The notes: generated from the letters alone by a model not told the origin. A stretch of 64,000 nt of DNA from Candidatus Hikarchaeia archaeon HikBin5 (GCA_009889625.1 WTZU01000004.1:1588-65587), one strand, 5' to 3'. Positions 53,041 through 63,390 are shown, numbered from the stretch's first letter. Program-made: numbers and translations.

Positions 53041-54075
53041 ATGATCTCTCTTCGTGAATTTTCTTTAACTCTAAATAAGCCATTTTCCACATCTTTTGGA
53101 ACTATTAAATCACGGACTGGATTTCTTGTTAAATTCTCACAATCAAAAGCTGGCTTCGGCGAATCTACTCCTCTCCACGGATGGACCGAATCTCTGGCAT
53201 CTTGTAGGGGTGCGCTACTATCTGCTAAAAAGGAAGCATTACTTGGAACTCCTCCTGAAATTATTCTAAAATCTCTTGATAATGTCCCCTCTGCACGCCA
53301 TGGAGTTTCCCTTTCTATACTTGATGATCTTTCATATTCTCAAGGAATCCCTTTGTATAAATATCTAGGTGCAAAACATGTGGATTATGTCCCCGTTAAT
53401 GTGGCGATAGGCGATTCTTCAATAACTTCCACTGTAAACCAATGCTTGACAGCAATCAATTCCGGAGTAAATTCGCTTAAAATTAAAATTGGAAAACGGC
53501 CTATAAAAGAAGACCTCCGCCGACTCACTGCAGTCCGAGAATCAGTTGGACCGGATGTAGAATTGCGAGCAGATGTAAATGGATCATGGTCCCTCCAACA
53601 AGCACAAAAAGCTATCAAAACATTAGAAAAAATAAATCTAGCTTACTTGGAACAACCCCTTCCTATGAATGATTTAGAAGGGCATGCAATTCTCAGAAAT
53701 AATTCTATCAAAATAGCCTTGGACGAATCCTTAATCTCAAATTCCATAACTAAAATACATGAAATGGGGGCTGCAGACTATATCGTGTTAAAACCAATGG
53801 TATTGGGTGGAATCGATAACTCATATACCCTTGCACAAGAAGCTAGAAGTGTAAATATAGAACCTGTGATAACTACTACAATTGACACCGTCGTAGCCCG
53901 AACCGCAGCTGTCCATCTAGCGGCTAGTCTGTCTCCTATAGAAGCTTGCGGCGTCGCTACTGCAGGTATGCTAAAAACTGATGTATCTGACGATCCTACT
54001 ACTTTAAAAAGTGGCAATTTAATGGTCCCTCAAACTCCTGGAAATGGGGTCTTAGTAGATTGGGAGTCCGTATGA
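53041..54075 (+). CDS. menC: o-succinylbenzoate synthase (enolase superfamily)
   Basis: KIKIG, RADVNG, EQP, LDES, LKP; position within the men operon. Confidence 0.9.
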   Translation: MISLREFSLTLNKPFSTSFGTIKSRTGFLVKFSQSKAGFGESTPLHGWTESLASCRGALLSAKKEALLGTPPEIILKSLDNVPSARHGVSLSILDDLSYSQGIPLYKYLGAKHVDYVPVNVAIGDSSITSTVNQCLTAINSGVNSLKIKIGKRPIKEDLRRLTAVRESVGPDVELRADVNGSWSLQQAQKAIKTLEKINLAYLEQPLPMNDLEGHAILRNNSIKIALDESLISNSITKIHEMGAADYIVLKPMVLGGIDNSYTLAQEARSVNIEPVITTTIDTVVARTAAVHLAASLSPIEACGVATAGMLKTDVSDDPTTLKSGNLMVPQTPGNGVLVDWESV

Positions 54076-55532
54076 AAGATTTTCTTTTTTATCGTGCTAT
54101 GGCCTCTCCTGACCAAATTTCAATTTTAGACACTGCAACCAATGAAAGTTGGTCCTACTCCTATCTCAATGAAAAAGTAACTCAACTTTCTATATTTCTA
54201 TCCCAAAAAGGGATCGAACCCCTGGATAAAGTTGGGCTTTTTTTAGACACTTCTATAAAATCCGTTATCGCACTTCATGCCACCCTGAGAATTGGGGCAT
54301 GTTGCGTTCCCCTATCTATTAAATCCCCTCCCGAGGAGTTGTCGAATCATATCCAAGTGTCATGCCCGGATTGGATATTATCTCAAAAAGAAATTTGTAT
54401 AGATCTTGATAGTTTTGAAATTCCAATTATTTCCTTAGATGATTTTCATTCTCCTTGCCCCTCCATTTCATTCAATTCTCCAATTTTTCACTACCCCGAA
54501 TCAAACCTCGATGACACATGCCTTTTGCTCTTTACCTCTGGCACCACCGGGGGATTCCCTAAAGCCGTTCCTATAACTTATCAAAATTTATTATCTAGTT
54601 CTATATCTTCTTCACTTAGACTCAAGACAAAGAAAAATGATATTTGGCTATTATACCTCCCATTAAATCACATGGGTGGGATTTCTCCCGTATTGAGATC
54701 AGTTTTGGCTGGCACCACTCTCGCAACAATGGATTCCCCCACCATTGAAAATTTAAAATTTTGCATGGAAAACTATGATATAACGTGCCTTTCCATAGTC
54801 CCCACTCTTCTAGAAAAATTCATACAAGAACAAGTTGATTTATCCACCCTCCGATTCTTATTACTTGGAGGGGGGCCTATCTCTATAGATCTGTTGTCCC
54901 GTTGCAATTCACTTTCTATTCCTGTACACCCCACTTATGGGACGACAGAAACTTCATCCCAGATTGCCACGGCACTTCCTTCTGATTTAGATAGGCACTC
55001 TGGAACTGTGGGCAGACCTTTGGATTTGCTAAATATAGTCATTAAAAATGAACAAAACCAATCTGTAAATGAGGGCGAAATAGGGGAAATAATTGTATCT
55101 GGGCCAATGGTCTCAAATGGATATCTATCTCCTGAATATTCTGACTCCTCCCGGCTGTCTAATCACACTTTTAGAACTGGAGACTTGGGCTATCTAAAGA
55201 ACGGCTTCTTATGGATCTGCGGTCGTATGGACGATTTAATAATCATCGGCGGCGAAAATGTGTATCCTATTGAAATTGAAACTATTATTTCGACCCACAA
55301 AAATGTTAACGATGTAGCAGTTTTTAGAGAAAAAGATGAAAAATGGGGATCTAAAATAGTGGCAGTTGTAGTCCGAAATAATTCTATTCTCTCTGAACAA
55401 GAACTCATTTCATTCTGTGAAAAAAAACTATCAAAATATAAAATTCCAAAAACAATCCATTTTGTTGATTCTATACCAAGAACTGTCACTGGGACTTTCA
55501 ATTCCCACACATTCACATCTAACAACAAATAA
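54072..55532 (+). CDS. menE: o-succinylbenzoate-CoA ligase
   Basis: FTSGTTGGFPK, TYGTTETSSQ, TGDLG, GGENVYP; last gene of the men operon. Confidence 0.88.
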   Translation: MKDFLFYRAMASPDQISILDTATNESWSYSYLNEKVTQLSIFLSQKGIEPLDKVGLFLDTSIKSVIALHATLRIGACCVPLSIKSPPEELSNHIQVSCPDWILSQKEICIDLDSFEIPIISLDDFHSPCPSISFNSPIFHYPESNLDDTCLLLFTSGTTGGFPKAVPITYQNLLSSSISSSLRLKTKKNDIWLLYLPLNHMGGISPVLRSVLAGTTLATMDSPTIENLKFCMENYDITCLSIVPTLLEKFIQEQVDLSTLRFLLLGGGPISIDLLSRCNSLSIPVHPTYGTTETSSQIATALPSDLDRHSGTVGRPLDLLNIVIKNEQNQSVNEGEIGEIIVSGPMVSNGYLSPEYSDSSRLSNHTFRTGDLGYLKNGFLWICGRMDDLIIIGGENVYPIEIETIISTHKNVNDVAVFREKDEKWGSKIVAVVVRNNSILSEQELISFCEKKLSKYKIPKTIHFVDSIPRTVTGTFNSHTFTSNNK

Positions 55533-55558
55533 GTCTGCTCCCTCCCTTACTACTCCTT

Positions 55559-55915
55559 ATGGTTACTTATCGAGATGTCCAAAATTTAACTGAGGATGAA
55601 AAAAATGGGCTTGCTCTTATTTATAAATCCGGGGGAATCCACCAAAGTACTTTTTGGAAAGAGCTTGACCTGACCTCTGCAAAAGGGGGAAAAATTATCT
55701 CCACTTTAATTGAAATGGGACTTGTTACTAAAACATCAGTTACATTTGAAGGTAGCAAAACTTATTTAATCGCCCCCTCTCCTCTCGAAATTGACTATTC
55801 CCTTCTAATGTCAGAAGGGGGGAATTTGTCCCCTTTCATCTCCCATAATGATATAGACGAATTTTCACCCGAATTCACCGAGTGGTTACTGAGCTTGCCA
55901 AACCCCGAAGATTAA
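55559..55915 (+). CDS. Winged-helix (MarR-like) hypothetical regulator
   Basis: GGIHQSTFWKELDLTSAKGGKIISTLIEMGLV...TYLI. Confidence 0.75.
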   Translation: MVTYRDVQNLTEDEKNGLALIYKSGGIHQSTFWKELDLTSAKGGKIISTLIEMGLVTKTSVTFEGSKTYLIAPSPLEIDYSLLMSEGGNLSPFISHNDIDEFSPEFTEWLLSLPNPED

Positions 55916-55930
55916 CTATCAAGTTTTTGT

Positions 55931-57211
55931 CTATTCAATCTCAACCGAACTACCTAATTGTATTAGTTTTTGTTCTTGAAATCTTGGGCCTACAAATTGA
56001 ATCCCAATGGGGCCGTCTTTCTTACTAGATTCTGAAGGAATTGAAATAGCCGGCAAACCTGCCAAATTGACCGGAACTGTATTTGCATCTGCGAGATACA
56101 ATTTAAGCGGATCTTTGTGCCCTTCTCCCAATTTGAAAGGTAAAACTGGCATTGTAGGTGATGCAATGGCATCCACCTGGCTGAATGCATTCTCAAATTC
56201 TTTACGGATCCAAGCCTTTGCTCTCTGAGCTTTCGTATAATATCTATCTTGATATCCTGCAGATAGGGCATATGTCCCTAAGAGTATCCGTCGCTTGACC
56301 TCGCTCCCAAAACCATTCTCCCTCGAGACCGAAAACATCCGATTCCAATCTCCTTCAAAACCACTAGATATGCCATATCTAACACCATCATACCTTGCTA
56401 AATTAGAAGAAGCCTCTGACATAGCAATTATATAGTAAGCAGCAACTGCCTTTTCAAGAGAAGGAAGTGTAATTTCTCTCACCATACAACCCTTTTGCTC
56501 CATCCGATCCATCGCAGTTTTAAACGATTCTAATACGATTTCATCTGCTCCTTCTATCAATTCGACAGGGACTCCTATCGCCATTCCATCTACCTTTTCA
56601 CCAACGAAATCTGTGTACTTATCGCAACTCTTTCTTTCAACACTAGTTGAATCTTTCACATCATGTCCTACTATTACATCTAATAGTGTGGCTGCATCTT
56701 CTACAGTTTTTGCTATGGGTCCAATTTGTTCCAATGAGTTTGCATATGCTATTAATCCATATCTCGAAACTAACCCATAAGTGGGCTTTATCCCCACCAC
56801 TCCACAAAATGCAGCGGGACACCTAATCGATCCCCCCGTGTCTGTACCCAAACCCAACATGGCTTCCCCCGAAGCAACAGAAGCGGCAGATCCTCCTGAA
56901 GACCCTCCTGCAACCCGACTATTGTCATGCGGATTCAACGTAGGCCCAAAATAAGACGTTTCTGTAGTGGTTCCCATTCCAAACTCATCCATATTGGCTT
57001 TCCCTATTATAGTTGCACCTGCTGCTTTTATTTTCTCTACCACTGTTGCATCATAAGGGGGAATATAATCTTTCAGCATAGCAGAACCACATGTAGTGTG
57101 TATTCCTTTTGTAGAAATATTATCTTTCACAGCAATAGTGAACCCGGCCAAAGGGCCCTCTACACCTTCTTCTAATTCGACCTTGGTTATGAATGAATTA
57201 ATATCTGTCAT
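55931..57211 (-). CDS. gatA: Asp/Glu-tRNA amidotransferase subunit A
   Basis: KDNI, GGSSGGSA, GTDTGGSIRCPA, SNLARYDGVRYG. Confidence 0.97.
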   Translation of the reverse strand: MTDINSFITKVELEEGVEGPLAGFTIAVKDNISTKGIHTTCGSAMLKDYIPPYDATVVEKIKAAGATIIGKANMDEFGMGTTTETSYFGPTLNPHDNSRVAGGSSGGSAASVASGEAMLGLGTDTGGSIRCPAAFCGVVGIKPTYGLVSRYGLIAYANSLEQIGPIAKTVEDAATLLDVIVGHDVKDSTSVERKSCDKYTDFVGEKVDGMAIGVPVELIEGADEIVLESFKTAMDRMEQKGCMVREITLPSLEKAVAAYYIIAMSEASSNLARYDGVRYGISSGFEGDWNRMFSVSRENGFGSEVKRRILLGTYALSAGYQDRYYTKAQRAKAWIRKEFENAFSQVDAIASPTMPVLPFKLGEGHKDPLKLYLADANTVPVNLAGLPAISIPSESSKKDGPIGIQFVGPRFQEQKLIQLGSSVEIE

Positions 57212-57492
57212 CGAACTTTAGGGCCTTTGAAATAATCATTTTTTCCAGTTCCTTCCGAATTCTGAAAAATTTCATTTTGACGTAACGATTCTGTCTCTTC
57301 ATCTTTGCGCAATATATTTCTAATATCTGATTGTATTTCTACCTCTGGCACTTCCTCTAAAATTTCAAAATAGCTGATAATGTCTTCAAATTGCTTAGTA
57401 AATATTTCCACTTCCTTTTCATCAAGATCAATCTTCGATAGCTCTGAAACATGCCGAACTGCTTCCCTTTCCACTATGATCTTCTCACCCAT
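57208..57492 (-). CDS. gatC: Asp/Glu-tRNA amidotransferase subunit C
   Basis: VRHVSELSKIDL...LRKDE...YFKGPKV; overlaps the gatA start. Confidence 0.92.
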   Translation of the reverse strand: MGEKIIVEREAVRHVSELSKIDLDEKEVEIFTKQFEDIISYFEILEEVPEVEIQSDIRNILRKDEETESLRQNEIFQNSEGTGKNDYFKGPKVR

Positions 57493-57539
57493 GCCCCCGT
57501 TAATATCGACCAGGCGGTAAGCCTTTCGAACTACTAACT

Positions 57540-58232
57540 CTACTTTTTCATCCCCATTTTCATCTTACTTTTTACTACTCTATTTACTCCAGACGCACCT
57601 TGCGAAATAGTAATTCCCATAGGAGTTCTACTTCCCCAAACTTCTGTTTCCCCTCCTCTGATGGCTTTTACAATTCCATCTACTGTATTCTCTTCCACTT
57701 GAACTGTGACTCCTGCACTTCCTACCATCTCTGCTATATGTGCATCCGAACCACCTGTCATTGCAATTCCATTTATTTCTGCAAAACGTCTCGCTCTTCT
57801 ATTTCCCCAACCAGTCAATAATCTCGAATTATATACTTCAATACCGTCCACTTTGGATAACCTCTCTTTTGATATCTTTGCCCCCACACCATGCCTAGTT
57901 TTTTGGAATGGATGTGGTATTATTGCAATTCCCCCCAATTCACGAATTTTGTCTACTGTTTTTTCAAAAGAAAGTCCTTTCTCGATATATTCGCGCACCC
58001 CAATAGCTAGTATATGCCCCACGTCGCTAGTCACTTCCATTCCTGGAATTGCAATGATGTTATATCTGGATGATTTTTTTTCTGCCTCTAAGCTAGCATC
58101 TATTTCGTCATGATCTGTTATTGCTATCGCATCTAGTCCCACAAAACTAGCCTTTTCTAATAAATCATCTACTGTATCCTTACCATCAAATGATAACTCC
58201 GAATGTGTGTGTAAGTCAGTTTTAATGAACAT
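57540..58232 (-). CDS. PHP-domain phosphoesterase
   Basis: DLHTHS, AITDHD, GMEV, GHIL, PHPF, GGSDAH. Confidence 0.92.
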   Translation of the reverse strand: MFIKTDLHTHSELSFDGKDTVDDLLEKASFVGLDAIAITDHDEIDASLEAEKKSSRYNIIAIPGMEVTSDVGHILAIGVREYIEKGLSFEKTVDKIRELGGIAIIPHPFQKTRHGVGAKISKERLSKVDGIEVYNSRLLTGWGNRRARRFAEINGIAMTGGSDAHIAEMVGSAGVTVQVEENTVDGIVKAIRGGETEVWGSRTPMGITISQGASGVNRVVKSKMKMGMKK

Positions 58233-58385
58233 ATTATTCAAATCAAATCCCACTTTATCAGAGTGAATCCTCCCTTTAAAAGTCACTCGAATCATTTTCT
58301 GTCCTCATTTCGCCCAATCTACATCCCGCTAAAGTCATGTATATAGTGAACATAGAATCTTTGTAGATTATAATTTTATTTCACC

Positions 58386-59204
58386 ATGACACTCACCAAT
58401 CGCATCATTCCTTGCATCGACGTAGATCTGGACTCTGAAGGAAATGCGGTTGTATACACTGGCATTAATTTTGAGAATTTGCGCTACACTGGAGATCCCG
58501 TGGAAATGGCAAAAAAATACAATAATGCCGGGGCAGATGAATTTGTTTTTCTAGACATAACTGCATCTTCTGATTCTAGATCCACTATGCTCAACGCCGT
58601 TTCTAGCGTTGCAGATGAATTATCTATCCCTTTGACAGTTGGAGGGGGGATCCGAACCCGGGAAGATGTCAAGAAGACCCTCCGCGCAGGTGCAGACAAA
58701 GTTTCAATCAACACGGCTGCCCTCTCTAGGCCAACTTTGATCACCGAGTCTTCCGAAGCATTTGGAAATCAGTGCATAGTCATTTCTGTCGACGCACGTA
58801 GGAGATTTGATGAAAAAGGTGAGCATTATACTAAAATCAATGGAGAATCTTGCTGGTTTGAATGCACAATAAAGGGAGGCAGGGAAGGAACTGATATTGA
58901 TGTTCTATCTTGGATTCAAACTGCACAAAAATTGGGGGCGGGAGAAATATTTGTTAACTCAATCGACGCCGATGGAACTAAAGATGGATATGATTTGGCC
59001 TTGACAAAGTCCGTTTGTGATTCTGTTTCCACCCCTGTCATAGCTTCATCTGGGTGTGGCTCTCCTCAACATATGTATGATGTATTTGTAGATGCTGGAG
59101 CAAACGCAGCTCTAGCAGCCTCAATTTTTCATTTCGACGAATATACTATTCAAGAAACCAAAGAATATCTCCAATCACGTGGGATACCTATTCGATTGCA
59201 ATAG
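58386..59204 (+). CDS. hisF: Imidazole glycerol phosphate synthase cyclase subunit
   Basis: RIIPCID, GADEFVFLDITAS, VGGGIR, SIDADGTKDGYD. Confidence 0.97.
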   Translation: MTLTNRIIPCIDVDLDSEGNAVVYTGINFENLRYTGDPVEMAKKYNNAGADEFVFLDITASSDSRSTMLNAVSSVADELSIPLTVGGGIRTREDVKKTLRAGADKVSINTAALSRPTLITESSEAFGNQCIVISVDARRRFDEKGEHYTKINGESCWFECTIKGGREGTDIDVLSWIQTAQKLGAGEIFVNSIDADGTKDGYDLALTKSVCDSVSTPVIASSGCGSPQHMYDVFVDAGANAALAASIFHFDEYTIQETKEYLQSRGIPIRLQ

Positions 59205-59217
59205 TGTACTGTCCGAC

Positions 59218-59502
59218 CTATTTAACTGCCGATTGATACGCTTTTAAAAACTCACCATATGATTTTTCTATACTTTTTGTTGCATCTCCTAGTGCATCCA
59301 ATGGGTCTCTTCCATCCGTCTTTAAAGATAAAATTGGATCTATTTGGCCCCCCGATTGGATGGGATTCAAATCATAGGTTGCTGCAGTCACTCCTTCTGT
59401 TTCCAGGAGGGCACCTTTCAAAACGTTCATGAACGTGTGATTCTCCCCTTTGATTTCTATCATCAACTCACTACTTTCTTTACTTAAGACCCGCAATTCC
59501 AT
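59218..59502 (-). CDS. rpoL: DNA-directed RNA polymerase subunit L (Rpo11)
   Basis: IKGENHTFMNVLKGALL...AATYD...DPLDAL. Confidence 0.94.
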   Translation of the reverse strand: MELRVLSKESSELMIEIKGENHTFMNVLKGALLETEGVTAATYDLNPIQSGGQIDPILSLKTDGRDPLDALGDATKSIEKSYGEFLKAYQSAVK

Positions 59503-59630
59503 ATTGTGCCTAATAATGTTAGATGTTTGAACGTTTCGTTCAAGTTGTGGACTTAAGTTACTACGTTATATTGCATTTCGTTCTCCTAATACCAAGCTAT
59601 TTTTATAGTCCAATCCTCGATTTCTTAACT

Positions 59631-60680
59631 ATGACCTCAAACAAAATGCGGGCCCTGGTATTCAATCAACATGGGGGGCCAGAAGTTCTAGAATATTCTG
59701 AGGTGGATATTCCAAATTTATCTCCCACCGATATGTTAGTCAAAGTACATGCATGCGCCCTCAATCATTTAGACATATTTGTCAGAGAGGGGATACCTGG
59801 ATCTCATCTATCATTTCCCCACATTTCTGGAGGTGACATATCTGGAGTTGTTGCCGAAGTCGGTTCACATGTAAAAGAGGTAAAAAAAGGTGACCGTGTA
59901 CTGATCGACCCCCGAATAACTTGTGGGAAATGCAGCTATTGCCTCACTGGAGAGTCAAATCGATGTAAGGGGAAAGAACACGGAAATCTCGGAGAGGAAT
60001 ATTGGGGTGGATTGGCAGAGTATGTTGTGGCACCTGCAAAAAATGCCATAAAAATGCCCGAAGAAGCTAGCTTCGAAGAAGCTGCAGCTCTACCAATTGC
60101 ATATGCCACCGCATGGAGAATGCTCGTAACACGCGCACAACTCCAACCCGGTGAATCTGTCCTGATCCTCGGCGCATCTGGTGGTCTTGGAACTGCAGGA
60201 GTCCAAATTGCAAATCTCATGGGGGCAGAAGTATATGCTGCAACTAGCACTGAAGAAAAAATGCAACTCGCTCTCGAACGCGGGGCACACCACGTAATTA
60301 ATTATGCAGAAGAGGATTTTTCACGATCTATATGGAAATTGACAGGTAAACACGGTGTGGATGTTGTATTTGAACACGTGGGAAAAGAAACATGGAATGG
60401 GAGCATTCGATCTTTAGCAAATGGGGGGAGAATGGTTACTTGCGGTGCAACTACTGGCTATGATGCTATGACTGACATTCGCTACCTATTCAGCAGGGAA
60501 ATATCTATTCTTGGAAGTCGGGGTTGGCAACGTAAGGATTTACAACAATTGGCTTCTGTAGTTTGGCGTGGAGAATTGACCCCCATAATTGATAGGAAAC
60601 TCCCTCTCGATAATGCTATTGATGGCCTCTTAGCAATGAAAAACAGGAATTTAACAGGAAAAGTGATAATAACTCCCTAA
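59631..60680 (+). CDS. Zinc-binding medium-chain dehydrogenase/reductase
   Basis: ALNHLD, structural Zn CGKCSYC...C, LGASGGLG, CGATTG; ATG 59631. Confidence 0.9.
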   Translation: MTSNKMRALVFNQHGGPEVLEYSEVDIPNLSPTDMLVKVHACALNHLDIFVREGIPGSHLSFPHISGGDISGVVAEVGSHVKEVKKGDRVLIDPRITCGKCSYCLTGESNRCKGKEHGNLGEEYWGGLAEYVVAPAKNAIKMPEEASFEEAAALPIAYATAWRMLVTRAQLQPGESVLILGASGGLGTAGVQIANLMGAEVYAATSTEEKMQLALERGAHHVINYAEEDFSRSIWKLTGKHGVDVVFEHVGKETWNGSIRSLANGGRMVTCGATTGYDAMTDIRYLFSREISILGSRGWQRKDLQQLASVVWRGELTPIIDRKLPLDNAIDGLLAMKNRNLTGKVIITP

Positions 60681-62266
60681 TGCCAAATAGAACTAAAAAT
60701 CTAGGGGAAATTTTTCACCCCTCTCTTTTAAAACATCCCAACAAAACAGCCCTCATTGATGGGGAGAGTGGGGTGGAGTTATCCTTCCAGGACCTTGAAG
60801 AAAACATAGCAAGAGTAAGTTCTGTTCTCACTTCCTTAAACATCGAAAAAGGCGACCGAATTGCATTATTTTTCCCCAATCAACTGGAATTTCTATATGC
60901 TCTATTTGGGGCGATGAGGATAGGGGCAGTACCCGTTCTAATCAATATAGAATTACCATTAGAAACTTGCTCCTATATAGTGCAAGACTCTGGTTCTTCT
61001 CTTACTCTCTCCAGCTCTAGAGTTGATGTTTTACAACGGGCCATCCATGCCACAAAATCTTCGGGAATAAGTGATATGATTGTAACAGGGGATATAGAAA
61101 ATGGCACCCTGTCCGAATCGCCTGACATAACTTTCCATGACTTTTCCGATTTGATGAAAGCCACACAAAAAATAAGCGATCCTATCTCAGTCTCGCCAAA
61201 TGATGCTGCATTCCAGCCCTATACAAGTGGATCCACGGGAAATCCAAAAGGAGTCATCTTGACGCACGGCGGGTCTTTTTGGAATGCTAGTACTATTTGC
61301 AAATTTCATAGATTTAGTGATTCAGATCGTGCTATAGTTGCCGCTCCCATGTATCATAGCAATGCATTAAATGGGGCAATACAACCTATGCTAGTTGCTG
61401 GAGGTTCAACTGTCATTTTAAGTAACTTCAATTCACAAAAAATGATCAAATCCATAGACCAATTTAAAGTAACTTATCTTCGTGGAGTTCCTGCTATGTT
61501 CAAACTTCTAGTTGAAGACAAAAAATCGTTATCTAATCATGACGTTTCTAGTATCGAATGGGCCGTATCTGGGAGTTCTAGCTTACCAGAATCTCTAATA
61601 ACTTCTTTTGAAAAGGCATTCAATGCCCCCATGGGGATGGCATATGGGCTCACCGAAGGTGGTCCAATTGTTACTCTGTCTCCTCGAGATGGAGTTAGGA
61701 AGATCGGAAGTTCTGGCATACCCATCCCAGGGGTAGTCACTCATATAATTGACCCCTCTACCAATGAACAATTGCCTCCTAATTCTATCGGAGAATTAAT
61801 CATATCTAGTCCTGGACTGGGAACTTATCACAATTTACCTTTCGTAGAAAAATCAACTTTCAAGATGATCGGATCCTCTACGTTCTTACATACAGGCGAT
61901 CTAGCATATGTCGATGATCAAGGGTATCATTACATAGTAGGTAGGATTGATGATATGATGAATGTAGGGGGTGAAAATGTCTATCCTGCAGAAGTTGAGT
62001 CTTTGCTATCTTCTCACCCCTCTGTACGAGACGTATGTGTCGTTTCACTTCCACATTCTACCAAAGGAGAAGCCCCGATTGCCCTTGTTGTATCTGACAA
62101 GATAACTGCAGAAGAACTTAAACAATTTACTTTGGATAATGGCCCTGCATATGCCCACCCCCGACGAATTCTATTTGTTTCAAAATTACCTCTTTCTGGA
62201 ACTGGAAAGATTGATCGAACCGCGGTAAAAAGAATAGCAATAGAAGAAATTCCCACTCCACTTTGA
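60680..62266 (+). CDS. Acyl-CoA synthetase (class I adenylate-forming enzyme)
   Basis: YTSGSTGNPKG, YGLTEG, TGDL, GGENVYP, PLSGTGK. Confidence 0.93.
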   Translation: MPNRTKNLGEIFHPSLLKHPNKTALIDGESGVELSFQDLEENIARVSSVLTSLNIEKGDRIALFFPNQLEFLYALFGAMRIGAVPVLINIELPLETCSYIVQDSGSSLTLSSSRVDVLQRAIHATKSSGISDMIVTGDIENGTLSESPDITFHDFSDLMKATQKISDPISVSPNDAAFQPYTSGSTGNPKGVILTHGGSFWNASTICKFHRFSDSDRAIVAAPMYHSNALNGAIQPMLVAGGSTVILSNFNSQKMIKSIDQFKVTYLRGVPAMFKLLVEDKKSLSNHDVSSIEWAVSGSSSLPESLITSFEKAFNAPMGMAYGLTEGGPIVTLSPRDGVRKIGSSGIPIPGVVTHIIDPSTNEQLPPNSIGELIISSPGLGTYHNLPFVEKSTFKMIGSSTFLHTGDLAYVDDQGYHYIVGRIDDMMNVGGENVYPAEVESLLSSHPSVRDVCVVSLPHSTKGEAPIALVVSDKITAEELKQFTLDNGPAYAHPRRILFVSKLPLSGTGKIDRTAVKRIAIEEIPTPL

Positions 62267-62350
62267 TATCTCTTACTTACCTCGATCTGTAACTGTTATC
62301 CATTTAATTATACCGATGGAGTTTTGCTTGGAACTATATTCCTTTTTACT

Positions 62351-62752
62351 ATGGACCGATCTACCGCAGAAAATTTACTCCAAAATTCTCCATTTCACCA
62401 ATTCCTTGGAATCAAGTTCGAGGGATACGAACGCGGAAATGTTATATTAAACATCCCGTTCCGAAAAGAATTCCTCGTCAATCCCGAAATGGGAATAATT
62501 CATGGGGGGATTATCTCTAGCGTATTGGATATTGCTGGCCATTATGCCATCTTTTCTATGGTTGGATCTAAATCTCCTACTACCAATCTTTGCGTAGATT
62601 ACCTTTCTCCTGCAACTACTTCCGATTTAATGGTGCAAGCTAGCGTAATCAAAATTGGATCTTCCATTGGAGTTGCAGACATGACACTTTATCACCCTGA
62701 AGAACCCAAAAAAAACATCGCAATAGGCCGGGCAACTTACAAACACAAATAG
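62351..62752 (+). CDS. PaaI-family hotdog thioesterase
   Basis: NPEMGIIHGGIISSVLD, VDYLSPA. Confidence 0.9.
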   Translation: MDRSTAENLLQNSPFHQFLGIKFEGYERGNVILNIPFRKEFLVNPEMGIIHGGIISSVLDIAGHYAIFSMVGSKSPTTNLCVDYLSPATTSDLMVQASVIKIGSSIGVADMTLYHPEEPKKNIAIGRATYKHK

Positions 62753-62755
62753 ATC

Positions 62756-63388
62756 TTATTTCCATACTATTCGGTGCACTTCCATCTGGAGTTCTTTTTT
62801 ACTCTGCGAGTGAAATTCTTGGCTCTTTTTCAATATCATGACACTAGAATAAGAATGGGAAATAAACCCTCCTTTTGCTTCTACAAAGGTTTCTATGAAT
62901 TCCACACTTGATTGATTGTGCATCGAATAGGAAACCGATGCAATCTCTGACATTTTCTCTAAAAATATTCTATCAGCATGTTTATTACTTCTCTGGGCAC
63001 CAAAAGGAGGGTTCATCACGCCCGTAATTTGCATATCTCCTCCAATCTCGATTGGAATGCATTCTACATCTGCTAATACCCAACTCAATTCGGTATCTGG
63101 AGCGATCAATCTCGCATTTTTTTTTGCTATCGAGAGGGCGTTTTCATCCCTTTCTACTCCTATTACTAATTTTGCATTTCTTAGGGCTGACCCAATTGCC
63201 AACATTCCTGTACCGGCGCCCAAATCTACAACAATTTTTCCTTCTATGTCTCCATTCATGTCTGCCATATGAACCAATGTGGATGCAACTTCCGCAGAGG
63301 TCATATATTGTTCATATCTCACATCCGGATTTTCAAAATCGGATATCTTGGACAATTGCAACTCTAGATTTTTCTTTCCACTTGCCAT
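62756..63388 (-). CDS. METTL5-family N6-adenine RNA methyltransferase
   Basis: YEQYMT, VDLGAGTG, MNPPFG, HADRIFL; next to dph2. Alternative start at 63397. Confidence 0.92.
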   Translation of the reverse strand: MASGKKNLELQLSKISDFENPDVRYEQYMTSAEVASTLVHMADMNGDIEGKIVVDLGAGTGMLAIGSALRNAKLVIGVERDENALSIAKKNARLIAPDTELSWVLADVECIPIEIGGDMQITGVMNPPFGAQRSNKHADRIFLEKMSEIASVSYSMHNQSSVEFIETFVEAKGGFISHSYSSVMILKKSQEFHSQSKKELQMEVHRIVWK

Positions 63389-63390
63389 CT

